A DNA stretch of 24,000 bases, from assembly GCA_963805115.1 (NCBI GenBank), contig CAWDSY010000015.1, forward strand, positions 10,880 to 34,879, given 5' to 3'. This document shows, piece by piece, positions 15,497 through 23,266 of the stretch. A program made the translations under genes and the position numbers. This stretch comes from Methanobacteriota archaeon. Lineage in GTDB: Archaea; Halobacteriota; Bog-38; Methanoflorentales; Methanoflorentaceae. Below the pieces are notes generated by a model, which worked only from the letters and a program-made list of their open reading frames with translations, made no database searches and was not told the DNA's origin. Position 1 is the stretch's first letter, and each line of letters opens with the position of its first letter.

Positions 15497-15650
15497 TACT
15501 CGCAGACGTCAGCGCGTCGTTCAGAAAAGAATCTTTTCTTGGGTCCGTAGCTGCAATACACCGACTATTTTCCGATACGTGAATAAATAGTTTTACGTCA
15601 GCAACTTGTGGATCGAACCTCCCGTGACTTTGTCGCAGGTTGCCCGATCC

Positions 15651-16265
15651 TCAACGACCCGGCTTGACCAAGCGGTCTTCTGAGGGGCTGTAACGCTTAG
15701 CTACTATGTATGTTTCGGCGCTTTGCTTTCGTGATGCTCGCGGGTTAAACGCTTTGACAAATTGAAAATACGTGCTTACCTCGCGTGCGAAGGTGTCAAA
15801 GAGGTCCCCTTGGAAAACCTTTACCACGAAATTGCCGCGGGGTTTCAGCACGCATTTGGTGATTTCTAAGGCGCAGGCTGAAAGGTCGATTGATCGCGCG
15901 TGGTCTAGGCTCCATGCACCACTTAGATTCGGAGCAGCATCCGATAGGACGACATCCACAGCGTCTGCGATCTCCTGTATTTTAGTCACAATTTCTGGGG
16001 AAGTTAGGTCGCCTCGAATAGGGGTCACCCCCTGCAGCGGAGCGATCCGCTGTCGATCAACGGCTATGGCAGACGCTTCTAAATGGCGGATCACTTGGAG
16101 CCATCCGCCAGGGGCGGCGCCCAAATCAACGACCACATCTCCGCGTCGTATGATGTGGTACCGTTCTTGAATTTCTAGCAGTTTGAAAGAAGCTCGTGAT
16201 CGATATCCTTCCAACTTCGCCCGCCGGTAGTAATAGTCCTTTCGCCGTTTCTCGAGGCTTTTCAT
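15651..16265 (-). CDS. rlmE: 23S rRNA 2'-O-ribose methyltransferase RlmE/FtsJ.
   Basis: 204 aa. YRSRASFKLLEI, VVDLGAAPGGWLQV, VLSDAAPNLSG and FVVKVFQG are present. Confidence 0.9.
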   Translation of the reverse strand: MKSLEKRRKDYYYRRAKLEGYRSRASFKLLEIQERYHIIRRGDVVVDLGAAPGGWLQVIRHLEASAIAVDRQRIAPLQGVTPIRGDLTSPEIVTKIQEIADAVDVVLSDAAPNLSGAWSLDHARSIDLSACALEITKCVLKPRGNFVVKVFQGDLFDTFAREVSTYFQFVKAFNPRASRKQSAETYIVAKRYSPSEDRLVKPGR

Positions 16266-16318
16266 TCTAGTTGATAGGAGCGCGCAGAATAAAAAGCATT
16301 GTGGGCAGCCAGACGGCT

Positions 16319-16326
16319 TTTATATA
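16319..16326 (+). promoter_or_regulatory. TATA box candidate (TTTATATA) for the PTPS-family gene.
   Basis: It lies about 41 nt upstream of the ATG at 16363, in the 97-nt divergent gap shared with rlmE. Confidence 0.35.
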
Positions 16327-16362
16327 CCACTCTACTAATAGACAAGTGCAACAACACGAAAG

Positions 16363-16911
16363 ATGAAGCACTTAAGAAACGTCACAGCCAGCACGGACCG
16401 ATCTATGTGGATAGAGCTTGACGGGTGGCAAGCAAAGCTCCGATTTTCGGCGTGCCATTTCATTCCAGATCACCCGAAATGCGGGCGCTTGCATGGGCAT
16501 ACATATGCAATGAGTGCGAGGATCGTCGGCGCGCAGATTCACGATTTTGTAATGGACTTTGAAGACCTCAAAAAAGATGTTGCAGAGATCTGTGAAGCTC
16601 TCGATCATAAGATTCTGCTCGCATCTCGAGATGCAGATGTCCAGATACAGACCACCCGCGATGGAGATATCTCAGTCACGGTTGGCCAATGCGGGAAGCG
16701 TTACTGCTTCCCGAGAGAGGATGTAGTTATGCTCCCAATCAATTCGGCGAGCGCTGAAGATCTTTGTTGCTTCCTGCTCGATGAGCTGTGTAGCAAGCTT
16801 GACCTCAGCACGATAACAGAAGTCAGCGTCCGTTTAGATGAGGGTTTAGGGCAAGGCGCAGGCAGCGTTCGGTACTTTCCCAACGAGAGAAGCGACTCGG
16901 GGCTTAGTTGA
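16363..16911 (+). CDS. 6-pyruvoyl-tetrahydropterin synthase family protein (QueD-like).
   Basis: 182 aa. FSACHFIPDHPKCGRLHGHTY carries the PTPS/QueD His-ligand and Cys motif. The downstream LDH..L segment is also present. Confidence 0.75.
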   Translation: MKHLRNVTASTDRSMWIELDGWQAKLRFSACHFIPDHPKCGRLHGHTYAMSARIVGAQIHDFVMDFEDLKKDVAEICEALDHKILLASRDADVQIQTTRDGDISVTVGQCGKRYCFPREDVVMLPINSASAEDLCCFLLDELCSKLDLSTITEVSVRLDEGLGQGAGSVRYFPNERSDSGLS

Positions 16912-16924
16912 ACTCTGCTTTCCG

Positions 16925-16930
16925 TTTTTT
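16925..16930 (+). terminator. Oligo-T tract (T6) after the PTPS-family gene.
   Basis: CCGTTTTTTGC lies 14 nt downstream of the stop at 16911. Confidence 0.35.
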
Positions 16931-16978
16931 GCTCTGTCGAGGGCAGATAGTTTTGCGACCCAATTCTGAACAACAAAG

Positions 16979-16985
16979 ATATAAA
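16979..16985 (+). promoter_or_regulatory. TATA box candidate (ATATAAA) for the PCNA-led cluster.
   Basis: It lies 50 nt upstream of the PCNA ATG. A GGGAG Shine-Dalgarno-like element at 17024-17028 sits 6 nt before the ATG. Confidence 0.4.
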
Positions 16986-17034
16986 GTTGTGAGCAGACAT
17001 ATACGGTGTTTAGACGGTTACAAGGGAGCGGATC

Positions 17035-17781
17035 ATGTTTAAAGCTGATATTCTCGGAGAGACTCTGAAGGACGGCATCGAAGCGTTGACTATCATCGTT
17101 GATGAAGCGCGGGTACATCTAAGCAAAGACGGCCTGTACGCGAGAAATGCGGATCCATCCTATGTGGCGATGGTGCAGTTTGAATTGTCGGCTAAAGCTT
17201 TTGAGAACTATGAAACCGACGACGAGGTTGTCACACTGGATCTCAAGAAAATGCAGGGCATCCTTGAGCTGGCCAATCGTACCGATATCATTCGAATCGT
17301 TGTCGACGAGAACCGCATGGCCCTTTCATTCGGCGATCTTAAGTATACTATCGCACTCTTAAGTCCCTACTCGATAAAGAAGGAGCCCAAAGTGCCAAAG
17401 ATTGAGTCTGCTGCACATGTGGTTATCACGGGAAAAGAGTTTCGGTGGGCGGTGAAAGCAGCAGGCAAAGTCAGCGACAATATCGCCCTTGGGTGCACTG
17501 ACACTGACTTTTTTATGGAGGCTCTTGGTGACGCCGATACTATGCGTCTTGAGCTTTCAAAAGATCAGCTTATCGACGTATCGCGCACAGATGGCAAAGC
17601 AGATGAAATAAGATCACTTTTTAGTCTTGAATTCTTGCTTGAAATGTCCAAAGCAGTCGGAAAAGCTTCTGAAGTCTCTCTCGACATGGGCAAGAATATA
17701 CCACTCAAAGTTGGATTTGATTTTGCCGACGGCAACGGTGCTGTCTCGTACCTCTTGGCGCCGCGCATCGAACAAGAATGA
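17035..17781 (+). CDS. pcn: DNA polymerase sliding clamp PCNA.
   Basis: 248 aa. The length and two-domain repeat pattern fit PCNA: MFKADILGETLKDGIEAL..VDEARVHLSKDGL, and the C-terminal ..VSYLLAPRIE. Confidence 0.9.
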   Translation: MFKADILGETLKDGIEALTIIVDEARVHLSKDGLYARNADPSYVAMVQFELSAKAFENYETDDEVVTLDLKKMQGILELANRTDIIRIVVDENRMALSFGDLKYTIALLSPYSIKKEPKVPKIESAAHVVITGKEFRWAVKAAGKVSDNIALGCTDTDFFMEALGDADTMRLELSKDQLIDVSRTDGKADEIRSLFSLEFLLEMSKAVGKASEVSLDMGKNIPLKVGFDFADGNGAVSYLLAPRIEQE

Positions 17782-17818
17782 AACTTAAACGCGGTTGCAC
17801 CGGGCCGTCGCTATAAGC

Positions 17819-18820
17819 ATGGACGAATATCTAGCTCTTTTTCCATATACGGCTGCGGCAGCACGTTACGTAGAAGCATCTGGAAGGACCTTTGACTCTC
17901 TCACGACCGCTGGAGAGTTTTCGGACAGTGTCCTCAACAAAAGCGTTCAGCGAGTCGCACGAGCGATCGACAGCGACGTCCATTCAAAGCCGGTCGAGCG
18001 TGACGATGACGAAATTGAGCTCTTCTCTTACGTTATGGGAAGGGCGTTAGTCTCGTGCATTCGCGAAGCTGTGCTGGTTCAGAGATATGCAAATGCCGAA
18101 GCCCACGACGCATTTACCAAGTTGCGGAACGCCGGCGAACAACTTCAGGATGAGTACATTGCAAGGATGCTGGGCGACTTTGGAATGCCAGTACCGGCAG
18201 ACAACAATATTTTTGAGCTGCATTTCACGGACTTGATCAAGTATACGGGCAGGTTAAGAGGGCCACAGTGGCGCCTCGTCAACCTGATGAACAGAGGTCA
18301 GGTACGTCTTGCAAAAAACGAGATGATCCAGGTTTTAGCCGAGGCTGTCAGGCTGAAGGTGCTACGCGGGCTGCCACTAAAACTCAGCAGCAAAATGTGC
18401 GAAGAACTTGCGCCTTACACCTCACCCTTGAAAAAAGCGATCTCTGTAGCAGCGTCGCGCCCTGCCGATTCTGGTCCTGTGATTTTGGAAGCGTGCCCCC
18501 CCTGCATGAAAGCGTTACTTTCGCAAGTAAAAGCTGGACAGAACCTCTCACACCCCGCTCGATTCGCGTTAACCTCCTTTTTAGCGAATATAGGCATGAA
18601 AGCCGAGGAGATCGTGCATATCTATCAGACGTCTCCAGATTTCGACTATGAACTTACGCGTTATCAAGTCGATCACATAAAGGGAGCGTCCGGGAAAGAC
18701 TACATCCCTCCCGGATGTTCTACGATGGAGACCTACGGTAATTGCACGGAGACTACTGGCCTTTGCAAACACATCTCTCATCCGCTCTCGTATTACCGAG
18801 CGCGACTTAAGCATCAGTGA
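17819..18820 (+). CDS. priL: DNA primase large subunit PriL.
   Basis: The track opens at a TTG at 17795. I prefer the ATG at 17819 (MDEYLALFPY..). The C-terminal Fe-S domain cysteines are present (CPPC ... GCSTMETYGNCTETTGLC). Confidence 0.85.
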   Translation: MDEYLALFPYTAAAARYVEASGRTFDSLTTAGEFSDSVLNKSVQRVARAIDSDVHSKPVERDDDEIELFSYVMGRALVSCIREAVLVQRYANAEAHDAFTKLRNAGEQLQDEYIARMLGDFGMPVPADNNIFELHFTDLIKYTGRLRGPQWRLVNLMNRGQVRLAKNEMIQVLAEAVRLKVLRGLPLKLSSKMCEELAPYTSPLKKAISVAASRPADSGPVILEACPPCMKALLSQVKAGQNLSHPARFALTSFLANIGMKAEEIVHIYQTSPDFDYELTRYQVDHIKGASGKDYIPPGCSTMETYGNCTETTGLCKHISHPLSYYRARLKHQ

Positions 18821-18928
18821 GACAACCGGTGATCCTAGAACGAAGAAGAGCAGAGCTGTGGCCGTTCATGAGTTACTAAAAATAGAGGTGGCCGCATCCC
18901 GCAACGCCTCGCGGCCAGGTGCAAACAT

Positions 18929-20080
18929 GTGAACCCGGAAACGAAAGCTTTCCTCCAGAGAAAATTTGGCGATTACTATCGTGAGACTTCAGTTGGGCTC
19001 CCGCCGCAGTTCAATAAACGAGAATGGGCGTTTGTTCTTTTTGACTCAAGTTATCCGAAGCTAGTAATGCGACGCCACAAAGCTTTTGGCTCGCAGAAGG
19101 AAGTGAGCGCATATTTGGGCGCAGTTGCACCGGCTAATGTGTACCATTCAACGGCTTGTTACGCGTATCCGAGCGCAACACGCATGCAAGACAAGAAGTG
19201 GGAAGGCGCAGACTTAATCTTCGATCTTGATGCGGATAAGCTCTTGACGAAGTCTGTGCCTTCGTATGCGGGCGTGCTTAAAGAAGTGAAAGATGAAACC
19301 ACTAAACTGTTGGATTTCCTGATGAACGATTTCGGTTTGGACGAGAAGGACTTCAGTATCGTGTTTTCGGGGGGTCGTGGTTACCACGTCCATTTGCGGG
19401 AAAAGAAACTAGCTACCCTAGGTAGTCATGAACGGCGCGAGGTTGTGAATTACTTGACCGGAACGGGCCTTGAGGCAGAGTATCTACTGAAACGATCGAG
19501 CAAGACTGCTATGCCCCGGGACACCAGTTGTTGGGAGATCAGAATAAAGACGTGGATTGACGAGTATTTCAACCGGATACGCGGACTTGACGCAAAAAAT
19601 GCGATAAGTGAGCTTGCATCTGTCAAGGCTATCGGCAAGCGGCGCGCTAAAGAAATTGTCGGCACGCTGTCGCAAGACGCATCGATCCCACCTTTGGTAG
19701 AGTCAAAGCTAATTACGCTAAACGCATGGAAAAGCCTAATCAGAGAAGCTATATCGCACTTGAAGGTTCGCATCGATGTGCCGGTCACCGCGGACATAAA
19801 GAGACTGATTCGGCTGCCCACGTCGTTGCACGGTGGCACTGGCCTTAGGGTCACACCTTTGACTCCCGATCACTTCCGTCGCTTTGCACCGCTGAATGAC
19901 GCGGTTGTCTTCGGCGACAATTCGGTTTCTGTCAGGATTCTCACGCCGGCTACGACTGAAATTATGGGTGAAACTATTAAGGTTGATCAAAGTACAACAG
20001 AGCTACCGGAGCACACGGCCGTTTATCTCATGGCGCGAGGGCTTGCCGAATATGAATCTCGACGACTTAAAAGTGATTAG
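18929..20080 (+). CDS. priS: DNA primase small (catalytic) subunit PriS.
   Basis: 383 aa with a GTG start. The catalytic signatures LIFDLDAD, SGGRGYHVH and RLIRLPTSLHGGTG are present. Confidence 0.9.
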   Translation: MNPETKAFLQRKFGDYYRETSVGLPPQFNKREWAFVLFDSSYPKLVMRRHKAFGSQKEVSAYLGAVAPANVYHSTACYAYPSATRMQDKKWEGADLIFDLDADKLLTKSVPSYAGVLKEVKDETTKLLDFLMNDFGLDEKDFSIVFSGGRGYHVHLREKKLATLGSHERREVVNYLTGTGLEAEYLLKRSSKTAMPRDTSCWEIRIKTWIDEYFNRIRGLDAKNAISELASVKAIGKRRAKEIVGTLSQDASIPPLVESKLITLNAWKSLIREAISHLKVRIDVPVTADIKRLIRLPTSLHGGTGLRVTPLTPDHFRRFAPLNDAVVFGDNSVSVRILTPATTEIMGETIKVDQSTTELPEHTAVYLMARGLAEYESRRLKSD

Positions 20081-20813
20081 AAACGAGGAGCGCCGCTCGC
20101 GACGATTGACGCAATTGAAGAATAGTTTCTATTCCGAGTTCAAAGAATACGTGGATTCACTCAAAAAAAGCGATGATCCGCAAAAAAAAGATGAACTCGA
20201 GAACGCTCTGCAGGTCGCAGACGCAATTTATGATAAACGCGCTGCGAAAATAATCAAGTTGGCGGCGCTCGCGGCAAAAGGGCACATGGAGGAAGCATCG
20301 CTAGCTGACGCCGAAGCCGAGGTCTACGATTCGGTTTACAAGGTATTTACGTACTATCGGGGCCGCGTACTCGGACAACAGGAATCAGACGCCGCGGCCG
20401 TTCCGGCAACCGAGCACGTGCTATTAAATAAAAACCGTGGGGCCACTTTTGCACTGCCGAAACAGGAATCGGATCGCGTTGAGCTTGACGCTACGAGCAT
20501 CAAACAGTCTTTGAAGAACGGATTGGCACTTCAGCACTTGATTGCATCCAATGAAGAAGCGGGGAACAGTGCAGACGAAAACCAGGGGCCGCGCGGCGAC
20601 GAAAGCACTTTAATACGAGAACGCGGGAATATGAGATATCTCCGAGTGAGAGTGTTGTCTGACATTCCAACGTTCATAGGACTGGACGGCGAAAACTACA
20701 AACTTGGAGAAGGCGACTCGGTTCTGTTGCCTGAGGGGAATGCTCGGGCGTTGTGCGATCGCCATGTGGGTATCATAGTCGGTGATAAACTTGAAGATGC
20801 CAAAGAAGATTAG
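20052..20813 (+). CDS. GINS subunit, Gins51/Gins15 type, with a long inter-domain insertion.
   Basis: I prefer the ATG at 20052, giving 253 aa. The N-terminus is helical ([36 protein letters not shown]). The C-terminal beta domain reads [39 protein letters not shown]. Its position directly after priS matches the known archaeal priS-gins linkage. No database check was possible. Confidence 0.6.
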   Translation: MNLDDLKVIRNEERRSRRLTQLKNSFYSEFKEYVDSLKKSDDPQKKDELENALQVADAIYDKRAAKIIKLAALAAKGHMEEASLADAEAEVYDSVYKVFTYYRGRVLGQQESDAAAVPATEHVLLNKNRGATFALPKQESDRVELDATSIKQSLKNGLALQHLIASNEEAGNSADENQGPRGDESTLIRERGNMRYLRVRVLSDIPTFIGLDGENYKLGEGDSVLLPEGNARALCDRHVGIIVGDKLEDAKED

Positions 20814-21072
20814 GTCAATATGCCCGGTGTGTCGAAAGCACACAACTCACGAAGTTGAGAAGGTGCGAAAAGGGCGCGCATCATCGTTAACGTGGATTGC
20901 GCGCCAAAAAAAACGGCGCAGCGGCATTGGTAATCTCGGCAAGTTTTCCAAGGTTCCGGGTGGAGATAAACCAACTAAGCGCATCAACGTTCGCTACCGC
21001 TGTACCGAATGTAACAAAGCGCATACAAGGAAAGGATTCAGAGTATCGAAGTTCGAGTTAGTGGAGGTGTAA
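20797..21072 (+). CDS. rpl44e: Ribosomal protein L44e (eL42).
   Basis: [56 protein letters not shown] is closely similar to archaeal L44e sequences I know. The start is taken at the internal ATG rather than the track's GTG at 20782. Confidence 0.9.
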   Translation: MPKKIRSICPVCRKHTTHEVEKVRKGRASSLTWIARQKKRRSGIGNLGKFSKVPGGDKPTKRINVRYRCTECNKAHTRKGFRVSKFELVEV

Positions 21073-21237
21073 GTGGTGAGCAAATTCTTGCGCATAAGAT
21101 GTGCGGATTGTGAGAATATCCAGATTGTTTTCGGGAATGCGTCTTCGGTAGTAAACTGCATAGTCTGTGGGAGAACTCTTGTTGAGCCGCGCGGCGGGAG
21201 GGCAGAGATAAGGACACAAATACTTGAGGTCTTATGA
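21073..21237 (+). CDS. rps27e: Ribosomal protein S27e.
   Basis: Not in the track (54 aa). My translation from the GTG at 21073 is (M)[53 protein letters not shown]. It has a C4 zinc ribbon, CxxC..CxxC. The stop overlaps the next ATG (ATGA at 21234-21237). Confidence 0.85.
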   Translation: MVSKFLRIRCADCENIQIVFGNASSVVNCIVCGRTLVEPRGGRAEIRTQILEVL

Positions 21238-22007
21238 GAAAAGCCTGGCCAGAAATCGGAGACTTGGTCGTTTGCACAGTGGTTAACGTAGTCGACTTTG
21301 GAGCATTTGTCCAACTCGACGAGTACGATAAGAAGGAAGGGCTAATTCACATCTCCGAAGTAGCGTCTGGATGGGTAAAGTACATAAGAGATCACGTAAG
21401 GGAAGGTCAAAAGATCGTGTGCAAGGTCCTGAACGTTGATCCGGATCGTAGCCACATAGATCTCTCATTCAAGGACGTTAATGAGCACCAGAGACGCTCA
21501 AAAATTCAGGAATGGAAGAGCGAACAAAAAGCCAAAAAGTGGCTAGAATTTGTAGCCGACGCTACGGGGGCGGACAAAGATGCCCTCTATGATCAACTCG
21601 CTGACAAATTCGACGGTCTTTACTATGTCTTTGAGGACGCAGCCATGCGGGGCCCAGAAGCTCTCGAGGGACTTCAGCCCGAGGTTGCCGCTCAAATTGC
21701 ACTCGTTGCTAAGGAGAACGTAAAGATACCTTACGTATACATCACAGGCTACGTAGATCTAACGTGTCCTCAACCGAACGGGATAGACGTTATCAAACGT
21801 GCGCTGAAAGCCGCCATGAAGTCCGAAGATGACGACATTCGCTTTGACGTGAGTTACATCGGGGCGCCTCGTTACCGCATAAGGATAGTCGCCCTCGATT
21901 ATAAGATCGCAGAAAACGCGATGAAAAAAGCGGCTAACGCATCTATAGACGTGGTAGTGAAGGCCGGCGGCACAGGAAAGTTTCATAGAGAACTTCAATC
22001 ATCATAA
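21234..22007 (+). CDS. eif2a: Translation initiation factor aIF2 alpha subunit.
   Basis: 257 aa. The N-terminal S1 domain reads [40 protein letters not shown], followed by helical and alpha-beta domains. Confidence 0.9.
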   Translation: MRKAWPEIGDLVVCTVVNVVDFGAFVQLDEYDKKEGLIHISEVASGWVKYIRDHVREGQKIVCKVLNVDPDRSHIDLSFKDVNEHQRRSKIQEWKSEQKAKKWLEFVADATGADKDALYDQLADKFDGLYYVFEDAAMRGPEALEGLQPEVAAQIALVAKENVKIPYVYITGYVDLTCPQPNGIDVIKRALKAAMKSEDDDIRFDVSYIGAPRYRIRIVALDYKIAENAMKKAANASIDVVVKAGGTGKFHRELQSS

Positions 22008-22036
22008 TAGGGTTTAACCATCTCACCAAACCGAAG

Positions 22037-22195
22037 ATGAAGCTTCGAAAATGTCATGGCTACACATTAGAGGAAAAATGCCGGACGTGCGGACAACCAA
22101 CTGTGGCGGCGCGCCCAGCGAAATTCTCCCCGGAGGATCGTTACGGCAGGTATCGGAGAATGCTCAAGCGCGAGACAACTGCACGACCAAAGTGA
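22037..22195 (+). CDS. nop10: H/ACA RNP protein Nop10.
   Basis: Not in the track (52 aa). My translation is MKLRKCHGYTLEEKCRTCGQPTVAARPAKFSPEDRYGRYRRMLKRETTARPK*. The PAKFSPEDRYxxYRR motif is the Nop10 signature. Confidence 0.85.
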   Translation: MKLRKCHGYTLEEKCRTCGQPTVAARPAKFSPEDRYGRYRRMLKRETTARPK

Positions 22196-22235
22196 GCCTT
22201 AAAGCTTGAAGAATTTTTTAACAAGTGGGATCTAG

Positions 22236-22997
22236 ATGGAGCGAATAGAAGTCAAGCAAATCACAGACGTGAAATTGAAAAAACCGATTCTGGTGGAGGG
22301 ATTGCCAGGAATTGGACATGTGGGAAAGCTTGTAGCTGAGCACATGATTGACGAACTTGGCGCGAAAAAAATCGTTGAACTGTACTCCTCGCATTTTCCC
22401 CCGCAGGTGATCGTGCTTGCTGATGGCTCAGTCAGAATGGTTAGAAGCGAATTATATGCGGTCAACAGCGGCAAGCAGGATTTGCTGATCCTCGTCGGTG
22501 ATCATCAAAGCGCGACAAACGAAGGGCACTACGAGCTGACTAGTGCGTACCTGGAACTAGCCAAAGAAAACGGCGTACAAAGGATCTACACACTCGGCGG
22601 CTACGGTCTCGGACAGCTTGTCGAGAAACCTGCGGTCTTGGGGGCTGTGAACAACTTGGCGCTGGTTGAAGAAATGAAAGAATACGGCGTGGTTTTCAAA
22701 GAGAATGAGCCAGGAGGGGGCATCGTAGGCGCTTCTGGATTGTTGTTGGGGCTTGGCGGACTTATGGGCATTGACGGGATCTGTTTGATGGGCGAAACAT
22801 CTGGTTACTTGGTCGATCCAAAGAGCGCCCAGGCTGTACTGAGAGTCCTATGCAAGGCGTTGAAAACTGACATTAACATGCGAGCGCTGGAAGACCGCGC
22901 AAAAGACATGGAAAAAATTGTTGCTCGACTCAGGGAAATGGAGCAAACTGGGATGCACGAAGTCGCGAGCGAGGAGGATCTCCGTTACATACGCTAA
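22236..22997 (+). CDS. PAC2-family proteasome assembly chaperone (PbaA/PbaB-like).
   Basis: 253 aa. PILVEGLPGIGHVGKLVAEHMIDELGA, LLILVGDHQ and GASGLLLG match the COG1938/PAC2 pattern. Confidence 0.75.
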   Translation: MERIEVKQITDVKLKKPILVEGLPGIGHVGKLVAEHMIDELGAKKIVELYSSHFPPQVIVLADGSVRMVRSELYAVNSGKQDLLILVGDHQSATNEGHYELTSAYLELAKENGVQRIYTLGGYGLGQLVEKPAVLGAVNNLALVEEMKEYGVVFKENEPGGGIVGASGLLLGLGGLMGIDGICLMGETSGYLVDPKSAQAVLRVLCKALKTDINMRALEDRAKDMEKIVARLREMEQTGMHEVASEEDLRYIR

Positions 22998-23070
22998 GAA
23001 TTTCGCCTGTCGAGCGCCGAAGCGTTTTGTGCTTCTTGCTACGTACTCTTTGCTCGCCAATGCGCCTAGA

Positions 23071-23250
23071 ATGAGGTTAACCGTGATCAAAGTCAATATT
23101 GAGAAATGTGGACACTGTGGCGCCTGTGTATCAGTTTGCCCGACTAATTCGATAACGCTCATCGAGTCATGCCTCGAAATTGCCGAAAGTTGTACGGCGT
23201 GCGAAACGTGTATCACAATATGCCCCGTCGGCGCGCTCTTCGTTTCCTGA
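23071..23250 (+). CDS. Small 2x[4Fe-4S] ferredoxin.
   Basis: 59 aa from the internal ATG at 23071: MRLTVIKVNIEKCGHCGACVSVCP..CTACETCITICPVGALFVS. Two CxxCxxCxxxCP motifs are present. Confidence 0.75.
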   Translation: MRLTVIKVNIEKCGHCGACVSVCPTNSITLIESCLEIAESCTACETCITICPVGALFVS

Positions 23251-23266
23251 ACAGGGAGGCGTGAGT

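Noticed and set aside
15609-15623. GGTTCGATCC (minus strand), resembling a tRNA T-loop.
   Set aside because: The flanking bases cannot form a T stem (GGGAG versus CCACA). No acceptor, D or anticodon arms can be drawn. It is neither a tRNA nor a convincing tRNA fragment.
19896-20051. 52-codon N-terminal extension of the GINS ORF inside priS.
   Set aside because: The extension is Arg/Leu/Ser-rich out-of-frame read-through of priS. The GINS-like helical domain begins at the ATG at 20052.
22918-23070. 51-codon N-terminal extension of the ferredoxin ORF overlapping the PAC2 gene.
   Set aside because: The extension overlaps the PAC2 coding end and has no ferredoxin features. The two cluster motifs begin right after the ATG at 23071.
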